DNA of 43,052 nucleotides from an uncultured Pseudomonadota bacterium (lineage in GTDB: Bacteria > SAR324 > NAC60-12). Below, in pieces: positions 1 to 8,031 of the stretch; positions within the stretch are counted from its first letter, which is position 1; every line of letters begins with the position of its first letter. Made by a program: the position numbers and the translations under genes. Under the pieces are notes generated by a model. The model saw nothing but the letters and a program-made list of their open reading frames with translations. It had not been told where the DNA came from and did not search any database. Location of the stretch: assembly GCA_913020725.1 (NCBI GenBank), contig CAJWCD010000009.1, positions 1 to 43,052 of the forward strand, written 5' to 3'.

Positions 1-100
1 AAAGGCTGCTTTTGAAGACGACTTCCAGCTTTTGTGCGTGGACGGTGGAGGTCCAGCCCAGCACGGTGACGAGAGTCAGTCCAATCATGAATTTTCGCAT
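1..100 (-). CDS. Secreted protein, N-terminal part only (runs off the left edge; not in the ORF track)
   Basis: ATG at 100 preceded by AAAGGAAACC (SD-like). Translates MRKFMIGLTLVTVLGWTSTVHA-QKLEVVFKSSL..., a typical Sec signal peptide ending in VHA. Same orientation as the upstream cluster. Confidence 0.75.
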   Translation of the reverse strand, partial: MRKFMIGLTLVTVLGWTSTVHAQKLEVVFKSSL

Positions 101-139
101 GGTTTCCTTTTCAATGAAGATTGATCATTAGTGAAAGAT

Positions 140-163
140 GCGGCTCTGCTGCACTTGAGCCGC
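140..163. other. Intergenic hairpin GCGGCTC-N10-GAGCCGC (possible mRNA stabiliser or weak terminator)
   Basis: Perfect 7-bp inverted repeat between two co-oriented genes; only a weak U-tract (ATCTTTC) follows on the minus strand. Confidence 0.3.
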
Positions 164-201
164 TTGCTCCCGGAACCCATTGGTCACGGGAAAAACATGG
201 T

Positions 202-1173
202 TCATTCCTGCTTGATGGTGGTGAGCGCAAGCGTGAGGACCGCCGTCCGGGGCGATCCCGGCGACTGCTCAAGCTGCTGCTGAAGACCGCGCAGATAATC
301 GCCGAGCGACCAGGAAGATGAAACGGACGGCTCTCGTTGCGGGGGCAGGGGACTCGTGGACGCGACTACCACCAAAGTTTCCGGACCACACCCCGTTTCA
401 CAACTCACCGTCCACATCGGCTTTCCGTTGGAACTCCTTGGCGGAAGTCGATGGGCCGTTCCGCTCCGGAGCGGTTTCGGAGAATCCCAAAGTGGAATGG
501 TCTCCCCATTCACATCCCGGTAAATCAGCCGGACGTAGCTGTCTTCCTCAGCAGAAAACTGTACTTCGAAAGGATCGTTTTCGGCATAGGTTGCTCCGCT
601 CCCCTTAGCCATCGAGACATGAATTCTCAACTGTTGCGGCGGCAACGGAAGACTGTTGAGTTGCAGGATTTCCTCCCGGAGTCGCGAAATCGCTGAGGGC
701 TTGTACTCCTGCGTGATTTGGCTCAGCGCCACCGGAACTTCGGCACTGGAAATACGGCTGCCGTCGGTTTTCACTAGCCGGAGTTGCACAAAGAGCGTGT
801 CTGCAGCCTCTCGGTAGGTGCCTTCCAGCACTGCATCTTCGACCTGCACGTCTGCGCTGGTGTAGTTCGGCGTGGTGAACTTGAGTCCACGTGTCACCGT
901 TTCCAGTGTCACTTCGCGCCGAGTCACGCGCCGATAATCCTCATCGTTGCGAAGCATCGCGTCCCGGACATGACCAAGGAAGGTATCGGCAAAGGGGCTG
1001 GAGGCCTGAGTGCCCTCCAAGGTGAGCGCGGCGATTTCCACTTCCAGCGGGGTGACGGTCAACTCCTCCGTCAGAGACTCCACCGCTTGCTGGGCCGCTG
1101 CTTCCAGAGTTTGGCCCCAGCCCGCTTGGGGCAACAAACCCAGCAAGAGTAGAGTAAGAAGAATGGTTCGCAT
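202..1173 (-). CDS. Exported protein with FlgO/CsgG-like N-terminal domain and DUF4384-like C-terminal domain
   Basis: Signal peptide MRTILLTLLLLGLLPQAGWG. The segment DAVLEGTY...LFVQLRLVKTDGSRISSAEV resembles the FlgO/TolB-N-like fold. GATYAENDPFEVQFSAEEDSYVRLIYRDVNGETIPLW...GPETLVVVASTSPL matches the DUF4384 pattern. SD GGAGG upstream. Confidence 0.7.
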   Translation of the reverse strand: MRTILLTLLLLGLLPQAGWGQTLEAAAQQAVESLTEELTVTPLEVEIAALTLEGTQASSPFADTFLGHVRDAMLRNDEDYRRVTRREVTLETVTRGLKFTTPNYTSADVQVEDAVLEGTYREAADTLFVQLRLVKTDGSRISSAEVPVALSQITQEYKPSAISRLREEILQLNSLPLPPQQLRIHVSMAKGSGATYAENDPFEVQFSAEEDSYVRLIYRDVNGETIPLWDSPKPLRSGTAHRLPPRSSNGKPMWTVSCETGCGPETLVVVASTSPLPPQREPSVSSSWSLGDYLRGLQQQLEQSPGSPRTAVLTLALTTIKQE

Positions 1174-1182
1174 CAGTCCTCC

Positions 1183-2226
1183 TTAGAATGAGTCAAAGGC
1201 TTTGTCCATGTCCTTGTCAAAGGCATCTTCCTGTTCCTCCATGAGCTGGTCAAAGCTCGAATCCTGCTTTTCCATGAGCTTGTTGAAGGCGCTGTTTTGC
1301 TCGGACATGAAGAGTGAGAAGAGGTCCTTGTCTTTGAAAGGCCGGGGTTTCGTGAGCAGACCTTCCTCGGTGAGCGGTTGGGGCTGCACGATGGTCGGCT
1401 CCGGTGGCTTGGTGATCGGCGCTTGGCTGGTTTCGGATTCCTGAGTGCGTCGGATTCCGGCAACTGCGTTATCCTTCGGAACCACCGCAGGCGCAACAAG
1501 CAGCTTGAATCCGTTGCGGGTCAGCCAGTCGCGGGCGACATTGGACTGCACCGAAAAATTAACTCCGGTGATCGCCAGCCCGTCCTTGGCCTTGCGGGCG
1601 ATGCTCGTGTTGACGCCTACGAGCAGGCCGGATTCGTTGAGCAGTGGTCCTCCGGAATTGCCTCGGTTGAGAGAGGTTTCGGTCTGGAAGACGTGCCGCC
1701 CCCGAATTTTTCCGTGGTTGCGAATCACTGCACCGATGCGCCCGGAAGTGAGTGACCACAAGCCGCCGTTTTCCGGATGCCCAATCGCCAGCACAGGATC
1801 GCCAATCTGCATCTGTTGGGAGTCGCCCAGCGGGATCGGAGACAACTCCGGAAGTCCCTCCACTTGTAACAAGGCCAGATCGAGGTCGGGGTTCGAGCGT
1901 AGCACTCGCGCCGTGCGTCCCTTTTCGTAAACCCGCCTCGCGTCGTCGTTGAGGTTGTCCTCGCGCAAATAGACGAGGATGCGCTTGGAGTTGCGTCCGG
2001 AGCCGTCCTGCACGACGTGGGCGTTGGTGAGCACGCGCCCCGGCGCGATCACCGTTCCGGTGCCCTTCGAGCGGCTGCCCCCTTCGTGGCTGGCGAGGAT
2101 CAGCACCACCGCATCGCTGGTGCGGCGATAGACCTCAGCGGGCGTGAGGGCAAACGCGAAAGCCGGGATTGCAAGGGTCAGCAGCAGTCCCACCGCCAAA
2201 ACAATGTGAAGTTTCGTAGATTTCAT
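1183..2226 (-). CDS. Exported trypsin-like (S1C/HtrA-type) serine protease without PDZ domain
   Basis: Signal peptide; triad motifs LTNAHVV (His), DLDLALL (Asp), NRGNSGGPL (Ser); GDPVLAIGHP. The C-terminus is a Pro-rich linker plus an acidic repeat tail instead of PDZ. Confidence 0.92.
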   Translation of the reverse strand: MKSTKLHIVLAVGLLLTLAIPAFAFALTPAEVYRRTSDAVVLILASHEGGSRSKGTGTVIAPGRVLTNAHVVQDGSGRNSKRILVYLREDNLNDDARRVYEKGRTARVLRSNPDLDLALLQVEGLPELSPIPLGDSQQMQIGDPVLAIGHPENGGLWSLTSGRIGAVIRNHGKIRGRHVFQTETSLNRGNSGGPLLNESGLLVGVNTSIARKAKDGLAITGVNFSVQSNVARDWLTRNGFKLLVAPAVVPKDNAVAGIRRTQESETSQAPITKPPEPTIVQPQPLTEEGLLTKPRPFKDKDLFSLFMSEQNSAFNKLMEKQDSSFDQLMEEQEDAFDKDMDKAFDSF

Positions 2227-2238
2227 GAGATTCCTTTC

Positions 2239-3741
2239 CTACTTCTGCACAGTGATTTCCAAATGTTCCTCGGCTTTCGCCCCCTTCATGCTCCGGAAGT
2301 TTTTCAACACCACCGCAAACTCGGTGGCGGGATAAGCGGTGCCCGCAGCCACAGCATCCGGATACGCCCCGGCGGTCGCCAATGCGATCAACGTGAAGCG
2401 TCCCGGTGCGTCCGAATTCACGCCTTCGGCCAAAGAACGGACCTCGCCCTTCGTGAGCTTCGGACCTTGGGTTTCGTGAACGAGGGTTCCGCTCTGCCCA
2501 TCCCAATAGTACAAGCGAATGCGGCAGCGCTTGGCACAGCCTCCGGAAACCCCGAAGGCGTCGCCCACCCGAAGATTGCCTTTCACGCTAGAGGCCAGCG
2601 TCAGCGGGAAGTCGTTCTTGACGCGCTGCTTGAGGAAGGGCACTTGAACGACAACGCGGAACGTCACCTTCCGATCCTGCAGGCTGGCCAGCGCCTCCTC
2701 CGGTACTTGATCGCGGAGGCGTTCCGGATCGGGCGTGCTGTGCAGGTTCAAGGTTCCCTCCCCCGGACTTGGAGGCAACTGGAACTTGGCCATGCCGTCC
2801 GGCCCTGTGATCCCTCTGAGTTGGGCGTTCTGATTGAAAAGCAGCAGCGGGAAGTTGGGTATCGGCACAGTCAACTCCCCCATCCGCAACTCAACCATCA
2901 CCAGGAAGGGTTCAGGCGTTTGCCCCGGTTCCAGGGTTTGAGTTTCTGCCGAAGCTAGGCGTAATTGCACTCCGCCCAACCACTGTGTTTCCAACCCGTC
3001 GGCTTCCGTGAGGAAGACCGCCCGCTTGGGGGTGGGTTGCTCCGGTGCGGTTGTGCGGAACTGCTGAAGCTGCTTCAGCGCTCCCAGAAAATCACCCTCA
3101 CTGGCGGAAGACTTGGCGCTTGCAAGCTGTTGGGAGAGCAGGGTTTCGGCCTGCTGCTCCTGCGCGAGCTTGAGGGCCTTGGCCTCGTCCTCGCGCTTTT
3201 GCTTCCACGCCAGCACGGCATCGTACTCCGAGCGCGGCACCTTGACCAGCACCTTCATGCGCCAGAAGCGGCGCTGCTCCTGAGTTCCTCGCAACACCCG
3301 ATACTCCGAGGCCAAGCGCCCCACCACGCGCAAGCGCCGGAAGTACGCCTCCGACTGCTGTTCGGAGCCGGAAACCCCGGATTCCGTGGCGTCCTTCACC
3401 TCAGAGGAGAGGCCGTAGGTGACGGAGAGGAACTTGCTGAACGTCTTGGATTCGACGCCGCAATACTCGACAAATTCATTGCCTGCCGCCTGCCGCGCTT
3501 CGGCAACCGCGTTGCGCTCCTCCGCGTGCTTGCCGGAGTAGCCGACGAAGTAGAGAAACTCCTCGTCATCCGGATGAGCGCCCTGCACCGCCCATTCGGG
3601 TTCGACTTCCGGAACCTGCCGCACCAACTCCTCCCGCTCTGGTTGTTCAGGTGCGGGCTGCGGGGCAGGTGCGGGCGTTGAGGCGCAAGCCCCCAGCCAT
3701 AAAATCAGGAAGCCTCCGAGCAAGAAAACGGGGAATCGCAT
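2239..3741 (-). CDS. Lipoprotein with LPP20-like N-terminal domain, helical middle region and DUF4384-like C-terminus
   Basis: Lipobox LGAC after a hydrophobic stretch; PEW...YFVGYS...A..EARQAA pattern; C-terminal VGDAFGVSGGCAKRCRIRLYYWDG...GRFTLIALAT resembles DUF4384. Confidence 0.65.
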   Translation of the reverse strand: MRFPVFLLGGFLILWLGACASTPAPAPQPAPEQPEREELVRQVPEVEPEWAVQGAHPDDEEFLYFVGYSGKHAEERNAVAEARQAAGNEFVEYCGVESKTFSKFLSVTYGLSSEVKDATESGVSGSEQQSEAYFRRLRVVGRLASEYRVLRGTQEQRRFWRMKVLVKVPRSEYDAVLAWKQKREDEAKALKLAQEQQAETLLSQQLASAKSSASEGDFLGALKQLQQFRTTAPEQPTPKRAVFLTEADGLETQWLGGVQLRLASAETQTLEPGQTPEPFLVMVELRMGELTVPIPNFPLLLFNQNAQLRGITGPDGMAKFQLPPSPGEGTLNLHSTPDPERLRDQVPEEALASLQDRKVTFRVVVQVPFLKQRVKNDFPLTLASSVKGNLRVGDAFGVSGGCAKRCRIRLYYWDGQSGTLVHETQGPKLTKGEVRSLAEGVNSDAPGRFTLIALATAGAYPDAVAAGTAYPATEFAVVLKNFRSMKGAKAEEHLEITVQK

Positions 3742-3753
3742 GGTTGGTTCCGG

Positions 3754-4392
3754 TTACTCGACCACGCCCTGTTTCTGCATGTCGGCCCAGAAGTTGGCGG
3801 CTTGCTCCTGCTGCTGCTTGGCTTGGGCCGTGGTGGCTTCCTTCGCCTTCTTCTGGGCGTCCTCCATGTTCTTTTTCGCGGTCTGCTGGAAGGCCTTATC
3901 CATTTCTGCCACCGGAACCGTTGACAGCACAAAGTACTTGTACCCCTGCTTTCCGGACGCATCCGACTCGCGCTCCATGTACCACTTCTTCGTCTTCAGA
4001 CGCCGAGCGACATTGGCAGCCACTTGTTTCTGAAAATTCCGGGAACTGGTTGTGGGATCAACCACTTCGCTGGACAGCCCGTAACTCACGGAAGCCTGTT
4101 CAAACTTGGTCTTTGCGAGGGTGCCAAGGTACTGCACAACGGCGTCCACCGCATTACGGCGAGCATCTTCACGCGCATTCTTCTCCGAGGCATGAACGGC
4201 GGAAAGCCCAACGAAGGACATCACTCCGGCTTCGACCTCCGGTTCGTTCATCGTCCACTCCGGACGCTCCGGTTGCGTGGGTTGTGGAGGCGGGGTCGCG
4301 GGTTTGGGTTTTGCGGCACATCCCACCAAGGCTAATAAGGCGAGAACAACAAACAGTTGGGTGACGGCGTTTTTCACGGATTCGAGTTTCAT
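3754..4392 (-). CDS. LPP20-like lipoprotein
   Basis: Start placed at ATG 4392 (GAGG upstream) rather than 4452. Lipobox LVGC, Pro-rich linker, then PEW...SFVGLS...AREDARRNA. Clearly paralogous to the N-terminal domain of 2239..3741. Confidence 0.75.
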   Translation of the reverse strand: MKLESVKNAVTQLFVVLALLALVGCAAKPKPATPPPQPTQPERPEWTMNEPEVEAGVMSFVGLSAVHASEKNAREDARRNAVDAVVQYLGTLAKTKFEQASVSYGLSSEVVDPTTSSRNFQKQVAANVARRLKTKKWYMERESDASGKQGYKYFVLSTVPVAEMDKAFQQTAKKNMEDAQKKAKEATTAQAKQQQEQAANFWADMQKQGVVE

Positions 4393-4535
4393 CAGAACCT
4401 CATTGGTTCGGGTTGAGAAAAATGGGAATGCTACGAGCATCCCCTCGGTCAACTTTCGAAGCTGATTGTAAAGCCAAGCATACTCCGTCAGTTAAGAAAC
4501 AAAAGTGGAAAATACACTTTTCATCAAGATTCAGA

Positions 4536-6248
4536 CTACTGAAGTTGTGAGTGCCACCAGAGGCTGGTCACGGTTCCGGAGTGCACCGTCAGGCTTCCGT
4601 TGGCAAATCGACACCAGCGTCCGCCGACCACGGGCTTGCAGTGGGCTTCTGGCAGGACCACGGAATTCCCTCCACGTTGCCGCACCAGTTCCACCCGACC
4701 TTGAATGGCCAAGACATCAAGATCACCCTTGCTGAAAAACACGGCCCGGAACTCTCCGACTCTCAGGTTTGTCTGTTTCCAGCCGACCAGTTCCCGGAAC
4801 CCTTTGCGTCCAAACGCAACCGGAGTCCGCACTGGAAGCCTTGCCAGTTTTTGTGGTTTGAAACCCCGCCCGGACTTGCGAGCAGCGTGTTCGGCATGAA
4901 GCGGAGGCAGTTTTGTGCGAGCAGCAGCCATCCAAACTTCGCGTGCAGTGCTGGTGCGGCCAAGCTCTTCCAGCAAGGCAGCAAGATTGTAGAGAATGAC
5001 GGGGGTTCCCGAATAGCGGCGTTCAGCCTCCCAGAGCATGTTGAGGGCACGGTTGCTGGTGTTCAGTCCCAAGCTTGGCCCCAACTGGTGCAGAGTGATC
5101 GCCTTGAGCGCCAGCGCTTTGGGATGATCCGGAGTTTGTTGCAGCACACGATCCGCTGTATCAAACGCAGCGGGGAAACGCGCCATCCAGAACTGCACCG
5201 CCCCCAACGCCAGTGTTGATTCGTGGTCTCCACGATCCAACATTGCGGCGCTTTGCAATTCCTGCTGCGCTTCCTCCAAGAGTCTGCGGATCACGGTTCC
5301 GGCAGCACACCCACTGGCACCGAATCCTCGTGTCCCGGTCAGTTCGGTGTGGTGCAACACAGGAACCGGAGTGAGGTAGCGCACGGGCAAATCAGAATCG
5401 CAGTTGCCCATCTCCGCCAGCGCTCGCTGGTACTTGAGGATGCCGAGATTGTGCAGCACGGCTCGGCCCGGAAAGCGACCCCGGAACGCTTCCAGGAGAA
5501 TTTCGGCATCATCCAAACGTCCTTGTTCCAGCAGTTGGGTGCCGAACTCGAAGAGCAACACCGAGTCCCGCAACGTCTCAAGCTGATGCCGCAACAACTC
5601 CACTCGCGCCTGATCGAAGCGCTCCGGAATTTCTTGAGGTTTCATGCGTTCGCGGGACCACTGTTGCAGGAAACCACGGTAGCCCCGCAGCAACTTGTCC
5701 GGATTGTAGCCTGCAATCGCTAACCACGTCAGCGCACTGCCATCCGCCTGCAACTCCCGGAGTTGCGACTCGCTGGTGTGCTCGCGGGCCTCCCGCAGGA
5801 GTTGGTCGAGGTGTCGCAGTGAAGTCCTGTGGCGGATCGTGTTGAAGGCGCGTGTTTTCCAGAAATCGTTGTGGGCGAAGTGCGCCAGTTCGTGTCCGAT
5901 CACGAACGCCAGTCCCTCGTCACCAAGTCCATGCCCAGAAGCCGCTTCCAGCGCAGCCTGATTCAGCACCACCGAACCATCCGGAAGTGCAAGGGCCACG
6001 GGATCATGCTTTGACGCCAGCAGCAGCAGACGGGGACGACGGGCAGGTTGGCCATCCGACACTGCAACCATACGCCGGAAGACACTCTCAGTGCGTTGCG
6101 CCAAGGAGTGTCCGGACTCCAAGGTTCCGTGATGCTGCACCCACCACGCTCCGGTGGCGCGAGGGTCGTCCTCCTGTGCGGTGAGGGGTTGCGCAAAAAA
6201 AGCGACAATCACCAACCAAACCAGCAGAAATTCTAGAAGGCGTGTCAT
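4536..6248 (-). CDS. Exported M48-family zinc metallopeptidase with TPR repeats
   Basis: Start at ATG 6248 overlaps the upstream stop (ATGA). Signal peptide; ALALPDGSVVL, LAFVIGHELAH (HExxH) and ELQAD (third zinc ligand); TPR-like helices (AVLHNLGILKY, VILYNLAALLEELG). Confidence 0.85.
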   Translation of the reverse strand: MTRLLEFLLVWLVIVAFFAQPLTAQEDDPRATGAWWVQHHGTLESGHSLAQRTESVFRRMVAVSDGQPARRPRLLLLASKHDPVALALPDGSVVLNQAALEAASGHGLGDEGLAFVIGHELAHFAHNDFWKTRAFNTIRHRTSLRHLDQLLREAREHTSESQLRELQADGSALTWLAIAGYNPDKLLRGYRGFLQQWSRERMKPQEIPERFDQARVELLRHQLETLRDSVLLFEFGTQLLEQGRLDDAEILLEAFRGRFPGRAVLHNLGILKYQRALAEMGNCDSDLPVRYLTPVPVLHHTELTGTRGFGASGCAAGTVIRRLLEEAQQELQSAAMLDRGDHESTLALGAVQFWMARFPAAFDTADRVLQQTPDHPKALALKAITLHQLGPSLGLNTSNRALNMLWEAERRYSGTPVILYNLAALLEELGRTSTAREVWMAAARTKLPPLHAEHAARKSGRGFKPQKLARLPVRTPVAFGRKGFRELVGWKQTNLRVGEFRAVFFSKGDLDVLAIQGRVELVRQRGGNSVVLPEAHCKPVVGGRWCRFANGSLTVHSGTVTSLWWHSQLQ

Positions 6249-7186
6249 TGCATCAACAGGTTGATGTCCGTCAAATGTTCTGCCACCAAAAACCACTCGT
6301 CTTCGTCCAAGCCATCGGTGGCGTAGAACTGAATCCTCTCCAAAAGCGGCTTCACTCCCGGAGCCTGTTCATTCGTTGCCAGTTCCTTGAGCAAACCCGG
6401 AAGGGTTTCTGAGCGAAAGTAAGTGTCGTGCTTTTGTTGCAAACTGTGATTTGCGCCAAAAACCCAGCCTCCCAGTTTACGGTACTGCCGGGGAAGCTGG
6501 CGGTCCAACTCCGTTTCGATGAGAGCCACGGCTGCGGGCAGGTCGGTGCTGTCGAGGGTTCCGTACTTGCCCTCCCCGAGTTCTGCAAGCAACTGCCGGT
6601 AGTCGCTGGAAAGCTTGCTGGCAATGGGTTGAAGCTGCTCAGATGGCGTGGTGGTGCTTCCGGAACCGACGAGGAAGGTGACGTGCGCCAGCGAATATCC
6701 GGCTTGATACGCCTCCTTGGTGGGGGAGTGAGTTGGCTTGAAGCTCAGAAACGGTGCGGTGGACTGAGAAATTCCTGTGGTGGTATCTGTGCTGGCTTTC
6801 AGCAACATCGTTGCAATGGCGACCGAACCCAAAGAGTCGGAACTCAGGATTTGCCCTCCATCGTCCCGAAGATTCTGCATCAGGAAGAACCCCGTAACCG
6901 CAGCAGCCACCAGCAACGGGAACCAGCGGGAATGTCTCTGCCAACCACGCTTGCGCTGGTGACGCAACTCCGCTGTGAGGTGCGGGGCGAACTCAATCAC
7001 ATCTGCGGTTGCAGAAGGCTCTGCGGATTGTTGCACCTCGTCGCTTTCCCGGAGTTTAAGGGCCAGTGCTAGTTGCGAGGTGCAACGGTCGCATCCAGCA
7101 AAATGGGTAACCCATTCGCGGTGTCTGTCGTCATTGAGACGATTTTCGATGAACTCGGTCAGCAGGTGGACGTCAGGGCAATGCAT
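6245..7186 (-). CDS. Zinc-finger (zf-HC2) transmembrane anti-sigma factor
   Basis: N-terminal HCP...THFAGCDRC (HxxxCxxC ZAS motif); single TM helix WFPLLVAAAVTGFFLM; extracytoplasmic C-terminal domain; directly downstream of a sigma factor; SD GGAG. Confidence 0.8.
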   Translation of the reverse strand: MHCPDVHLLTEFIENRLNDDRHREWVTHFAGCDRCTSQLALALKLRESDEVQQSAEPSATADVIEFAPHLTAELRHQRKRGWQRHSRWFPLLVAAAVTGFFLMQNLRDDGGQILSSDSLGSVAIATMLLKASTDTTTGISQSTAPFLSFKPTHSPTKEAYQAGYSLAHVTFLVGSGSTTTPSEQLQPIASKLSSDYRQLLAELGEGKYGTLDSTDLPAAVALIETELDRQLPRQYRKLGGWVFGANHSLQQKHDTYFRSETLPGLLKELATNEQAPGVKPLLERIQFYATDGLDEDEWFLVAEHLTDINLLMQ

Positions 7187-7265
7187 GGAACTCCGTTTTG
7201 GTTCTTACCCTTAGAGACGGATAAACCCCGGATTTTGAGAGAAATATTTTGTGGCGGGAGAAAAA

Positions 7266-8012
7266 CTAGCGAATCACCTCCAGCAACTCGACTTCCGTGA
7301 AGCCTCGCTCAAGCAGTCGATTCTTCAATTCCAAAAGGGTTTGATCGTGGAGGTAACGGATTTGGTGTCGTTCCTTGCGGAGGACGCGGGCGATCTCAGA
7401 AATTGAAACATCTTCCAAGTAGTGGAGCTTGACGACCAAGGTGGCTTCCGGAGCAAACTGCTCGGCGAGTTCCCCAACGCCTGCAAGGATCAACCGTCGT
7501 AGAGCCAACTTGCGTGCTTCCTCAATGCTGTTGGATTCGTTGGAAAAACGCTCTTCCTGAAACTCGACGATGCTCTCACGCGTCTTGGGCAGTTGTACGA
7601 CGGCAAGCAGCGAGCGATACTCCGGGAGGCTGAGGTTGAGCCGATGGTTGATGGTGAGGACGTGGAAGGCTTCGGAAACCGTCAGGCGTTCAAGGTGCAA
7701 GAGCCGTTCGAGCAGCAGAGCGGATTCCCCATGTTGTTTTGCGGAGGTCGAAGGTTGCCAGCGTCCGGATTGTTCCCGTTGCCGGTCTACAAACAGATTC
7801 GCGGCTAGCGTGTGGAAAAAAGCGGCGGGCGCGTTGCGTATGGTTTCCGAGAGGGCCGTTTCGTCTTCCGCCAACCGCAGCAGCAAGTCGGACTCAAAAT
7901 CCTCGCAATCCTCAGGCGAGAGCGATTTTCTGCGGCACAGGAGGCGGACCACGTTTTGGATCGCGTCGAGGTGCCGGGTGATCCAACTTGAGCGAGGGGC
8001 AGCTTCCGACAC
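7266..8012 (-). CDS. Atypical ECF-like sigma-70 family factor (start uncertain; GTG 8012 chosen to avoid overlapping dadA)
   Basis: Region-2-like HLDAIQNVVRLLCRRKSLSPEDCEDFESDLLLRL...FFHTLAANLFVDRQR; region-4 HTH EATLVVKLHYLEDVSISEIARVL; adjacent anti-sigma gene. Confidence 0.8.
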   Translation of the reverse strand: MSEAAPRSSWITRHLDAIQNVVRLLCRRKSLSPEDCEDFESDLLLRLAEDETALSETIRNAPAAFFHTLAANLFVDRQREQSGRWQPSTSAKQHGESALLLERLLHLERLTVSEAFHVLTINHRLNLSLPEYRSLLAVVQLPKTRESIVEFQEERFSNESNSIEEARKLALRRLILAGVGELAEQFAPEATLVVKLHYLEDVSISEIARVLRKERHQIRYLHDQTLLELKNRLLERGFTEVELLEVIR

Positions 8013-8031
8013 GGCAGGATTTAACGCTTGC

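Noticed and set aside
7187..7265. Possible ECF promoter (CAAAAT...CCGTCT on the minus strand) upstream of the anti-sigma gene
   Set aside because: Spacing is short for an ECF promoter and I could not find a second copy upstream of other cluster genes.
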